The translations under genes and the position numbers were made by a program. A stretch of 60,776 nucleotides of DNA, the filler included, from Hausera hauseri (taxonomy: Eukaryota), in the NCBI GenBank assembly GCA_046269625.1. It is 11 parts of 11 records of this genome, joined end to end, with 100 filler letters (N's around TTAATTAATTAA, not from the genome) between each part and the next. Parts side by side here need not be neighbours in the genome. Positions count along the whole stretch, not along the records: positions 10,220 to 15,590 come from JBJURY010268730.1; positions 15,691 to 23,167 come from JBJURY010012567.1; positions 23,268 to 30,417 come from JBJURY010035557.1; 8 more parts are not named here. One strand, given 5' to 3'. Every line of letters begins with the position of its first letter. Within the stretch, counting starts at the first letter, position 1. Positions 12,066-24,117 of this stretch are shown one piece after another. The notes beneath the pieces are model-generated. The model was given only the letters and a program-made list of their open reading frames with translations. It searched no databases and was not told the DNA's origin.

Positions 12066-12714
12066 TAAAATAGGGCCAATCATAGATGTTTGTCTCTTTC
12101 TGATCTTACTGAAAATAACTCATTTAAAGAAAAACTTAACTGTGTAAAGTCAAGAATAAACATAAGAACATACAACTAACAACTTTAGCATTACGTCAGC
12201 AGCTAGAAAGTCGACAGGAAGGCAGTATCATGATCCCCGTGACTATTTCAAAGAATCAAAAGTCACTTTTATTCGGAAACCAAGACGTCTGACCTTTCAA
12301 CAATGTATCCCATTCGTATCGATGAGACTAGGTGCCCCATCACAACTGTCTCAGGATCGGTGAAAGGGGGGGGGGGGTATGTTTATAACAACCAATGAAA
12401 AATGATAACACCAGCTCTACATTCCCTTATAAGTTTTTGGCCCTGGTTGTGAGACTATTTTCTTTACTAAAGAGAAGGAGAAAAATTGACTTTCACATAA
12501 ATTCGCATCAAATGAAATCACTCAATAACGGAAGAACGTCATGTCTGTGAATCCTTTGATTTTACCCTCCCTTCTTCTTTTCCACTCCAGTATATTTTCT
12601 CCCGACTGGTACAACACCTTCCATGACAGTTGTTTGTTTATTTGTTTATTTGTTTACAAGATCACTTGATCTTGTGATTGAGCCACACTATTCTCGTTGG
12701 TTTTAGAAACTGGG

Positions 12715-12985
12715 AAAAACTTGTAGCAAATCGCACGACCATGGGAGTCATTACTATGCAGAAGCAAAACAGCATTCGATACTGCATTATTCAACAAGCT
12801 GGAAGACAAGAGATGTAGACGCACATATTCAGAAGAAAATAATATAGGTGTAGCCTGTTCATATTGTGGCAGGATCTGTAAGTCAAACATTGGTAAATTT
12901 ATCCATAAAAGAAGCTGTTCAGTGGGACAGCAGCCAACTTTTTCTGCTTTCAAGACCGTCTGACCAGACGAAAAGGCCAATCAAT
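12715..12985 (+). mobile_element. LINE 3' fragment with terminal C2H2 finger
   Basis: NRTTWES...VACSYCGRICKSNIGKFIHKRSC, typical of RTE-like ORF C-termini. Confidence 0.65.
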
Positions 12986-13159
12986 ACTAGTGAATATGAA
13001 CATTATCATTAATTCGCGGGCGTAGACCATCGTCCATCACGTCTTGTTGTGTTTCATATGATATCAGCAAATGCTCGTATATACTTTGTTTAATTAACAC
13101 TTTCACTGCTATCCACTGATATATCAGTGGTTAAAAATGCCAGTTTTCATACGAAACAA

Positions 13160-13295
13160 ATATCATCATCACCATTAGGTGCCGTGCTGAGAAGTGTAGG
13201 CCATCACGGATCTCAATTTCTCGCGATTCGTGGTGTCTCCAATCAGCTCTGCTGTTGACCTATTTCCGAGCCATTCTTGCAAACCATCCAGACAA
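13160..13295 (-). mobile_element. RTE-type LINE 3' end, second copy
   Basis: LDGLQEWLGNRSTAELIGDTTNREKLRSVMAYTSQHGT* followed by GAT repeats. Confidence 0.75.
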
Positions 13296-14499
13296 ATATA
13301 TTGGATAAATATTTTATTCAAGATATAGAACAACCATATTGTATAGCAACAAGCTCGGTCACTACTAATGATAGTATAAGTGAATCGTTCCACACCTCTA
13401 CATGTATGAGGAACGGATACATACTATCTTTTTAATTGTTCAACATCTTCCGATAAAACATTATTACTGATGCACCAGACGACCAATTAGGAATGGTTAC
13501 CATAGGTGGTAGAACTGTTACTAGTTGTAACGAAGAGGAACTTAAAAAGCATACGCAATGGAAATAAATACCGAAGAAAAAAAAACTCAAACAAATGATG
13601 AACATCAATCACGGAATAAATAAAATGACTGAAACACAAGAGGGTCTTGGCAGTCACGAATTTTAATTTTGTAGTATCAATTATCAAAGATTATGGGGGA
13701 AAAATGGAGACTCGCACAATTGTTACAAGTTTGCGGTTATTGGATTCTTAATTTCCAAACGGAAAAAAAAAGACAAACTGCTTACTAAGGCCTTGCCTAA
13801 TCTGATTCCTGTGATCGCACGCCATCGATATTTTCAAATGCTCGTGGAAAATAACCTTCCCTAGCAAGAACAAATATGGATAAAAAAAAAAGAAATGATG
13901 GAAAGATAATGTCAGGGAACTGACATTCAGCACATCACACAATGAAGCTAAGAAGCACGATGAATGGAGACAACTCTTCAAAATGTGACCGCCACAGGGG
14001 GAACCATATATAACCCATACAAAAACGAACACGGCGACTTTTCTCTAATAATTAAGTGATTTGTTATTGCCACAATAAATGTTATGGATAACACTGAACA
14101 TAATTATTATAATGTATTGCTTCGATTGTTCCTAAGTGTCAGGACACGTTGTGTAAGTCCCAAGTAAAGATATGAAGTAAGTAAAGGGACACCACTCACG
14201 CCTTAAAGACGTATAAGAGAACGTAGAGTTAGTGCCCACAATTTTCATTGACCTACGGCAACTCCTCCGTAGTCCTTCTTAGCTCTGCAACAACCCTTCT
14301 GAGGACTCATTCAGATCTGACACTAGGTGATGTGGAGATCGTACAAGAACAAGACAAGAACTAACGGATGAATTGGCAAAAAAATGCGTATGTTTCCGCA
14401 GGGATTTGAACATCGAACCCCTAGTACCTGAGATGGGTGTCTTACTGGAGACCACAATGTCCATCCATGATTTATGTAGTACATGGAATTGTAATCAGT

Positions 14500-14740
14500 C
14501 ACGCGACTTATGGTGGTCGCTGTGGTATATTGACGACTCTCCTCTATTCGCGTCGATCCTTTGCTGTGATTTGTGATACGCTGGCCTGTCAATTCCTTGG
14601 TTGTTCTCTAAACTTACCTTCTGTCTACCTTGCTTTCTCTTGTCCGATACTGTGCACTGTAATGTAGTTTTTGCTAGGCCTACAGATCTTGTAATGTGAC
14701 AATACCATCTCCACTTTCGTTCCATAAAATCAAGAAGCAA
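14500..14740 (-). mobile_element. RTE-type LINE fragment
   Basis: RKWRWYCHITRSVGLAKTTLQCTVSDKRKQGRQK; a related plus-strand remnant (WKDNVREL) lies at ~13790-13990. Confidence 0.7.
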
Positions 14741-15690
14741 ACATTATACAATTTACTGCTGTTTTGAAAACAAGGCAGAAAGAAAACGAAAAGGAAAGAA
14801 AGAAAACAAAAGGTGAAGTTAAAGAGGCATTAGTTATGTTCGATGCATACAACAGAGTTGCATAAGAATATTAAAAGTGACGAACTTTTTGCGTGATTTA
14901 AGACATTTTGAAAATAAAAACATTCATCAGTGAGGAATAACTCACGTCAATGCTTAATAAGCCAAGACAAGCACATTGGTTTCAAGAATGTGGAATTAAT
15001 GAGCACACAGAACTGGGCACTAGAGGCAAAATTTGAACAACCGCCAATGAAAGACGATGCAGGAGAAACTGGCAAAGGGCCTTTGACGGGTTTGATGTAC
15101 TGTGTTTGTATTAAAAGCCCGCCTATGGTGACATGACAGGATCTGATATTGTTGGCTTAATTGTATCGCTGCTGTAGTTCCTGTGATAATTTCTACAATT
15201 ACTTCAGATTACTTCCTGTCTGAACTCTGGCCTCTGTTGATGCTAGTCCATCTAAACTAAAGCAGAGCAACTGCGAAGCTGTCACAGAAAGCGTGTCCAA
15301 TTTAGACTTGTATAATTACTCACTGGTCAGGTAGTTTTGGGGACAAAATTATACCCTTTCTTTCTCTGTGGCTATTGCTAAAATTTGCAACGTTTTGTAA
15401 ATGAAATGGGCCATAGAGTGAGTATTACTAATTTTTGGAGTGAATTCAGGAGTACCACACATGAGCGTAATATTCGGAGCAGTAGAAGATCTGGAATGGT
15501 GCAGTAATAATAAAAGGCTGACACCTGGGAGCCATCACTAAGGTGGGCCAGACCCCACCCCCCCCCCCCAAGTGTGTCAAGGAGTGAGGGNNNNNNNNNN
15601 NNNNNNNNNNNNNNNNNNNNNNNNNNNNNNNNNNTTAATTAATTAANNNNNNNNNNNNNNNNNNNNNNNNNNNNNNNNNNNNNNNNNNNN

Positions 15691-16075
15691 TCCTCACTGT
15701 TGGGGATCACTTCTATATTGCCATCAATGTTGCCTAATTCTCGGACTATGAAGTGGCTGTCATAGCCACTAAGATTGTGGAATACCACAGGCACATATGT
15801 GCATGTTTTGCAGCGAAGATTACAGTTGTTACATGCTGCGCCCCGATATGCATCTGTAAAATGGCAGTGATCCTTGACGTTCCAATTTTCCTTGGTGAAG
15901 GACTTGTCGCACAAGTAGCATGATGCTGCCTTGCACTATTCTTGTTCTTGTATCCAAGACATGCTCATGTCGTTTTTATGTTGTTGTCGCATCTTTTTTA
16001 ACTTATGAGCCATGTCTTAAAGCCTCTTCATAATAACATTTTGAATGCTTCTGATTGTATTAAAATAATAAGATC
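15691..16075 (-). pseudogene. Polinton/Maverick/adintovirus-type protein-primed DNA polymerase B, N-terminal fragment
   Basis: CYLCDKSF..VKDHCHFTDAYRGAACNNCNL (endonuclease VII-like) then VPVVFHNLSGYDSHFIVREL..IEVIPNSE (exonuclease). Confidence 0.9.
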
Positions 16076-16084
16076 ATTTCATCA

Positions 16085-19000
16085 TTTTTCGTTCTTTCCT
16101 TTGTTCGTTCGTTCTGTTTTTCTTTTCTCGTTCCTTTTGTCCATCGTTCCTTCCTTCGTTCCTTTATTCGTTCGTTCCTTCGTACGTTTTTCTTCTTTGT
16201 TCGTTCGTTCGTTCCTTTATTTGATAAGTCATTCTTTCATTCGTTTCTTTGTTCGTTCGTTCCTTCGTTTGTTCGTTCCTTCCTACGTTCTTTCCTTCTT
16301 TGGTTCATTCCTTCGTTCCTTCGTTCATTCGTTCGTTCCTTCGTTCGTTCGTTCATTCGTTCTTTCATTCGTTCGTTCATTCGTTCGTTCGTTCCTTACT
16401 ACGTTCGTTCCTTCTTTTGTTCGATCCTTCGTTCGTTCAATCCTTCGTTCGTTCCTTCTTTCGTCCGTTCGTTTCTTCGTTCGTTCGTTCCTTCGTTTGT
16501 TCCTTCATTCGATTATTCTTTCGTTCTTTCTTTCCTTCGTTTGATCGGTCTATCTTTCATTCGTTTCTTTGTTCCTTCTTTCTTTCGTTCGTTCTTCCTT
16601 TTTACGTTCTTTGCTTCTTTTGTACTTTCCTTCATTCATTAGTTCCTTCCTACGTTCGATCCTTCATTCCTTCATTCCTTCGTTCGCTAGTTTTGTCCTA
16701 CGTTCGGTCCTTCTTTCGTTCGAAATTTCATTCGTTCCTTTGTTTGATAAGTCATTCTTTCTTTCGTTTCTTTGTTCCTTCGTTCGTTCGTCCCTTCCTA
16801 CGTTCTTTCCTTCTTTTGTACGTTCCTTCATTCATTTGTTCCTTCCTTCCAACGTTCGTTCCTTCTTTCTTTTGTTTCTTCGTTCGTTCATTTGTTCATT
16901 CATTCTTTCCTTCATTCGTTCATTCCATCAACCATTCGTTTCTTCGCTCGTTCGATCCTTCATTCCTTCGTTCATTTGTGCATTGCATTACTCATTCATT
17001 CTTTCATTCTTTCGTTCCTTCATTCATTCGTTTTTTGTTTCGTTAGTTCCTTCGTTCCTTCTTTTGTTTGTTCTTTCGTTCCTTGGTTCATTCTATCCTT
17101 GGTAAATTCGTTCATTCCCTTCTTTGTTCCTTCATGCCTTTGTCCGTTCTTTCCTTCATTCGTTCATTCCTTCGTTCCTTTATACCTTCGTTTATTCGTT
17201 CCTTCCTTTGTTCGTTCCTTCTTACGTTCCTTCCTTCTGTCGTTCGTACCTTCATTCGTTCCTTCCTTCCAAAGTTCGTTTCTTCTTTCTTTCTTTCCTT
17301 CGTTTGTTCATTCTTTCGTTCGTGCTTTCCTTCATTCGTTCGTTCCTTCGTTCTTTCGTTTCTTATTTCGTTCGTGCCTTCGTTCGTTTATTCCTTTGTT
17401 CGTTTGTTCTCTCATTTGTTCCTTCGTTCGTTCTTTCTTTCGTTCATTCATTTCTTTGTTCGCTCGTTATTTCGTTCGTTCATTCGTTCGTTCATTCGGT
17501 CGTTCATTCTTTCTTCCCTTCGTTCTTTCGATCCTTTATACGTTCGTTCTTTCTTTCGATCGTACTTTCATTCAATCCTTCCTTCCAACGTTCGTTCCTT
17601 CGTTAATTCGTTCCTTCCTACGTCCTTTCATTCATTCGTACGTTCCTTCATTCATTCGTTTTTTCCTACGTTCGTTCTTTCTTTCTTTCGTTCCTTCCTT
17701 CGTTTGTTCGTTCGTTCGTTCGTTCGTTCGTTCGTTTCTTCGTTCGTTCGTTGCTTCGTTCGTTCATTCCTTCGTTCATTCGTTCCTTCATTCGTTCGTT
17801 CCTTTATTCGTTCCTTCCTTCCAACGTTCGTTCCTTTTTTCATTCGTTTCTTGGTTCTTTCATTCCTTTGTTCATTCATTCTTTCGTTCGTTCGTTCCTT
17901 GGTTCGTTCGTTCCTTCGTTCGTTCATTCGTTCGTTCCTTCGTTCTTTTCTTCATTCGTTCGTTCCTTCTTTCGTTCGTTTTTTTGTTTGTTCGTAACTT
18001 CATTCGTTCGTTCCTTCATAACTTCGTTCCCTCTTTCTTTCGTTCCTTCGTTCTTTCATTCCTTTGTTCATACCTTCGTTTGTTCGCTCGTGTCTTCGTT
18101 CGCTCATTTCTTTGTTCGTTCGTTCTTTCGTTCTTTTGTTCTTTTGTTCATTTCTTCATTTGTTCGTTCCGACTTTCGTTCGTTCTTTCGTTCGATCTTT
18201 CGTTCGTTCGTTCCTTCGTTTGATGGGTCCTTCTTTCGTTCAATCCTTTGTTTGTTCGTTCATTAGTTCGTTCATTTCTTCGTTCGTTCGTTCTTTCCTT
18301 CGTTCGTTCCTTCGTTTGTTCGTTCGTTCCTTCTTTTTTCCCTTTTTTCTTTCTTTCCTACTTTTGTTCAATCCTTCGTTCGTTCAATCATTAGTTCGTT
18401 CGTTTCTTCGTTTGTTCGTTCTTTCTTTCGTTCGTGCATTCCTTCTTTCCTTTGTACTTTCATTCATTCGTTCCTTCTATCATTCATTCTTTCCTTTGTT
18501 CTTTCCTTCGTATATTCGTTCTTTCTTTCGTTTGATCTTTCGTTCTTTCCTTTGTACATTCGTTCTTTCTTTCGTTCCTTCTTTCGTTCTTTTGTTCCTT
18601 CGTCAATTCATTCCTTCCTTTGTTCGTTCTTTCCTTTGTTCCTTCTTTCTTTCGTTCATTACTAAGTTCGTTCGTTCGTTTGTTCCTTCGTGCATTCGAT
18701 TGTTTCTTCGTTCGTTCCTCCATTCGTTCGTTCTTTCGTTCGTTCGTTCCTTCTTTTGATCGGTGCTTCTTTTGTTCGTTCTTTCGTTCGTTCATTCCTT
18801 CGTTCGTTCCTTCGTGCATTCGATCGTTTCTTCGTTCGTTCCTTCATTCGTTCGTTCCTTCGTTAGTTCGGNNNNNNNNNNNNNNNNNNNNNNNNNNNNN
18901 NNNNNNNNNNNNNNNNNNNNNNNNNNNNNNNNNNNNNNNNNNNNNNNNNNNNNNNNNNNNNNNNNNNNNNNTCCTACCTAAGTTCATTCCTTCTTTCATT

Positions 19001-22000
19001 CGTACTTTCATTCATTCGTTCCATCTTTCTTTCGTTCTTTCGTTCCTTCGTCCATTCGTTCTTTCCTTCATTCGTTCGTTCCTTCTTTTGATCGGTCCTT
19101 CTTTCGTTCGTTCTTTCTTTCGATCATTCCTTCGTTCGTTCGTTCGTGCATTCGATCGTTTCTTCGTTCGTTCATTCATTCCTTCGTTCCTTCGTTCGTT
19201 CGTTCCTTCTTTTGATCGGTCCTTCTTTCGTTCGTTCGTTCCTTCGTTCTTTCCTTTGTGCGTTCGTTTCTTCATTCTTTTATTCCTTTGTTCATTACTT
19301 CATTTATTCCTACGTTTGTTCTTTCTTTTGTTCGTTCTTTCCTTTTTTATTTCATTCCTTCATTCGTTCATTCCTTCGTTCGTTAACTCCTTTGTTCCGT
19401 CTTTTATTCATTCGATCGTTTCTTCATTCGTTTGATCCTTCGTTCGTTCGTTCCTTCGGTCATTCTGTCGTTCATTCGTTTGTTCCTGCGTTCGTTCATT
19501 CATTTTTTCGTTCCTTCGTTCATTCGTGCTTTCTTTCTTTCTTTCGTTTGTTCGTTTCTTTGTTCGTTCGTTCCTTCATTCTTTCATTCCTTCGTTTATT
19601 TGTTCGTTCATTCTCTCGTTCCTTCTTTCGTTCGTTTTTTCGTTTGTTTGATAGGTCAATCTTTCATTCGTTTCTCTTTTCGTTCGTTCTTTCCTTCCTA
19701 CGTTCCTTCCTTCTTTTGTACGTTCCTTCATTCGTTCGTTCCTTCCAACATTCGTACCTTCTTTCTTACTTTCCGTCGTTCAATCATTCTTTCGTTCACA
19801 CTTTCGTTCGTTCCTTCGTTTCTTCGTTCGTTCGTTTGTTCTTTCGTTCATTCCTTCGTTTGTTCTTTCTTTCATTCGTTCGCTCCTTCGTTAGTTCGGT
19901 CCTACCTAAGTTCATTCCTTCTTTCATTCGTACTTTCATTCATTCGTTCCATCTTTCTTTCGTTCTTTCGTTCCTTTGTCCATTCGTTCTTTCCTTCGTT
20001 CGTTCGTTCCTTCTTTTGATCGGTCCTTCTTTCGTTCGTTCTTTCGTTCGATCATTCCTTCTTTCGTTCGTTCGTGCATTCGATCGTTTCTTCGTTCGTT
20101 CCTTCATTCGTTCCTTCATTCGTTCGTTCGTTCGTTCGTTCCTTCTTTTGATCGGTCCTTCTTTCATTCGTTCGTTCCTTCGTTCTTTCCTTTGTCCGTT
20201 TGTTTCTTCATTTTTTCATTCCTTTGTTCATTACTTCATTTATTCCTACGTTTGTTCTTTCTTTTGTTTGTTCTTTCCTTTTTTATTTCATTCGTTCATT
20301 CGTTCGTTCGTTCATTCCTTCGTTCGTTCTTTTTTCATTCGATCGTTTCTTCATTCGCTCGTTCTTTCGTTCGTTCATTCCTTCGATCGTTCCTTCATTC
20401 GTTCGTTCCTTCATTCGTTCGTTCTTTCTTTTGATCGGTCCTTCTTTCGTTCGTTCCTTCCTTCGTTCTTTCCTTTGTCCGTTCGTTTCTTCATTCTTTC
20501 ATTCCTTTGTTCATTACTTCATTCATTCCTGCGTTCTTTCTATCTTTCGTTCGTTTTTTCCTTTTTTATTTCGTTCCTTCGTTCGTTCATTCCTTCGTTC
20601 GTTTATTCCTTCGTTCGTTTTTTTTTCATTCGATCGTTTCGTCATTCGTTCGATCTTTCGTTCGTTCCTTCCTTCGTTCGATCGTTCCTTTCTTCGTTCT
20701 TTCCTTCGTTCATTCGTCCTTTTTTTCGTTTCTTCCTTCGTTCTTTCATTCCTTTGTTTGATTTTTCTTTCGCTCTTCCAACGTTCTTTTCTTCTTTCTT
20801 TCGTTCCTTCCTTCTTTCATTGTTTCGTTCGTTCTTTCGTTTGTTCGCTCCTTTCTTTGTTTTTCATTCCTTCGTTCGTTCCATCGTGCATTCAACAGTT
20901 TCTTCGTTCGTTCCTCCATTAGTTCGTTCCTTCGTTCTTTCTTTCCTTCGATCATTTGTTCGTTCATTCATTAATTCCTTCGTTCATTCCTTTAGTGGTT
21001 CGTTCCTTCGTTCGTACCTTCCTTCATTCGTTCCTTCCTTCCTACGTTTTTACTTCTTTCTTTCGTTTTTTCGTTCATTCTTTCGGTCATTCGTTCTTTC
21101 ATTCGTTCCTTCATTCATTTGTTCATTTGTTCGTCCTTTCCTTTGCTTGATTGGTCCTTCTTTCGTTCGTTCTTTCTTTCCTTCGATCATTCGTTCGTTC
21201 ATTCATTAGTTCCTTCGTTCGTTCATTTATTAGTTCCTTCGTTTGTTCCTTCATTCGTTCGTTCCTTCGTTCGTACGTTCCTTCATTCGTTCGCTACTTT
21301 CTACGTTTTTTCTTCTTTCTTTCGTTCTTTTGTTTTTTCATTCGTTCGATCGTTTTTTCGTTCCTTCGTTCGTTTTTTCATTCGTTCGTTCCTTTATTTG
21401 TCCTTTCCTTCGTTTGATCGGCTTTCTTTCGTTCGTTTCTTTGTTCGATCGCTCCTTCGTTCGTTCCTTCCTTCCTACGTACTTTCCTTTGTTCGTACGT
21501 TCCTTCATTCATTCGTTATTTCCTACGTTCCTTACTTCTTTCGTTCGTACTTTCATTCGTTCTTTCTTTCCAACGTTTGTTTCTTCTTTCTTTCATTCCT
21601 TCGTTTGCTCATTCCTTCGTTCATTCTTTTTTTCGTTCTTTCGTTTCTTCGTTCTTTCGTTCCTTCGTTCGTTCCTTCATTCTCTCGTTTTTTCTACGTT
21701 CTTTCCTTCTTTCCTATATTCCTTCACTTGTTCCTTCGTTCCTACGTTCGTTCCTGCTTTCTTCCTTTCCTTCTTTCGTTCATTCCTTCGTTCGTTTGTT
21801 CCTTCTTACATTCGTACCTTCGTTCGTTCCTTCCTACGTTTGTACCTTCTTTCGTTCATACCTTCATTCGTTCCTTCCTTGCAGTCTTCGCTCCATCTTT
21901 ATTTCATTTTTTCGTTCGTTCATTCTTTCGCTCGTTCTTTCATTCCTTCGTTTGTTTTTTCGTCCGTTCGTTCCTTCGTTTTTTCATTCCTTCATTCATT

Positions 22001-23167
22001 CCTTCATTCAATCCTTCGTTCGATCGTTTGGTCGTTCTTTCATTCGTCCCTTCGTTCAACATTCCTTCTTTCGTGTGTTCCTTCTGTCGTTCGTTCCTTC
22101 ATTCTTTATTTCCTTCCTACGATCGTTCCTTCGTTCCTCCATTCTTTCGTTCCTTCTTTCCTTCGTTCATTCGTTCCTTCTTTCCTTCGTTCCAACTTTC
22201 TTTCTTTCCTTCTTTTATCCTTTCCTTCTTTCGTTTGTTCCTATGTTCGTTCTTTCGTTTCTTTGTTCGTTCATACTTTTGTTCGATTGTTCCTTCGTTC
22301 GAACCTTCATTCTTTTCTTCCTTCCATCTTTCGTTTTTTCTTTGTTCCGTTCCTTCATTCCTTTGTTCCTTTGTTCGCTCGTTCGTTCGTTCGTTCCTAC
22401 ATTTTTTCCTTCTTTCGTACGTTTCTTCATTCGTTCCTTCGTTCTTTCGTTCGGTTCTTCGTTCATTCTTTCGTTTATTCGTTTATTTCTTCGTTCTTTC
22501 GTTCCTTCGTTGCTTTATTCCTTCATTTATTTCTTTGTTCCTTCGTACCTTCGTTCGTTCCTTCATTCAACATTCTTTCTTTCGTTTGTTCATTCTTTCC
22601 TTCGTTCGTTCTTTCCTTCGTTCGTTCGATCCTTCGTTTGAACGTTTCTTCTTTCGTTGTTCGTTGATTCGTTCTTTCCTTCATTCGTTCGTTCCTTCAT
22701 TCATTCATTCGTTCCTTCGTTCTTTGATTCTTTCGTTTGATCGGTCCTTCGTTCGTTCGTTCATTCTTTCTTTCGTTTCTTCGTTCACTGTTTCCTTCTT
22801 TCGTTCGTTCCTTCGTTCTTTCGTTTATTTATTCGTTCTTTCCTTCCTTCGTTTGTTCTTTCGTTCTTTCATTCATTTCTTGGTTTGTTCCATCCTTGGT
22901 TCGTTCGTTCCTTCGTTCGTATTTTTGTTCATTCGTTCCTTCCTTTGTTCATTGCTTCGTTCTTTCGATTATTTATTCTTTCTTTCTTTACTTCATTCGT
23001 TCGTTCGTTCGTTCGTTCATTCGTTGTTTCCTTCGTTTGTTCGTTTTTTCGTTCTTCCTTCATTCGTTTGTTCTTTCGTTCTTTCTTTCATTCATTCGTT
23101 CGTTCGTTCGTTCGTTCCTTCGTTCGTTCGTTCGTTCGTTCGTTCGTTCGTTCGTTCGTTCGTTCGT
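16085..23167 (+). repeat. ~7-kb degenerate (TTCG/TTCC/TTCT/TTCA)n array with internal N100 gap (18872-18971)
   Basis: Strong 4-nt periodicity, pyrimidine-rich top strand, pure (TTCG)n at the right end. Confidence 0.98.
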
Positions 23168-24117
23168 NNNNNNNNNNNNNNNNNNNNNNNNNNNNNNNNN
23201 NNNNNNNNNNNTTAATTAATTAANNNNNNNNNNNNNNNNNNNNNNNNNNNNNNNNNNNNNNNNNNNNCGTTTTCATAAGTGCTTCTGCGTAAAAAATTGT
23301 TTCGCAAATGTTCATGTTGCAATGTTTGATGAGTATAAAATTGTTTTACTATATTTGGTGATAGAACTTAGGCAAAATATGGCGATTTCCGAAAATGTAA
23401 AAAAAACCGAAAGCATTAATGTGCAAAAGTTCAGTAAATTCCTCGACTAAGGGTTTTGTAAATTTGATGCATTTGTGAAGATGAAAACTTTTCGGATCAA
23501 ACGTTTCTTGAGATCTTCGTATTCCTTGTTGTGCACAAAGCCTAATGCTTAAAGCATACATGAAATGGAACTGGGATATTTGTTGGCATATTCATTAAGA
23601 AAGCTAATCTGTCTGGAATGCAAGCGTTCTTCAACATTGGAGTACAGCGCACAATAGGTCATTCATAAGTTGTTCTAACCATATAATAAAGAGTAATTAC
23701 CAAAATAAGAACTCAAGAAATAGAAACAAAGTCGCAAAGCATCATCCGGAGAAATAAAAAATAAGTTGGATATTGAAGAGCACAAAAGAATTAGTAAGTT
23801 GGAAAATGAATAGACAAAATAATAAAATAGGTATTTCGATGAAAACACTTTGCCGGTCATAGTATTTAAGATCAGACACATGGGATGAATCGTTTCCTAA
23901 TAAATCAGTGTTAACCCTCTCAGCTCCCCTCAAAAGCAATTTCGGATTCTTGGTGCTATACAATATTGAATATTGTACATAAATGCCTAATAGTTGTGTT
24001 AGGTTTAATTATTATCGATTGTCGCGCAATATTAACTACTCTTATTGGAAGATATCCGTTTTTAATGGGGCTAATGCTACAAGCAGCCTTTATTCCGTAT
24101 CTAGTACTTAAATTATT

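Noticed and set aside
16005-23223. Many long ORFs (up to 698 aa) rich in F/S/R/V or E/R/K/N/T
   Set aside because: By-products of the stop-poor (TTCN)n repeat, open in several frames at once.
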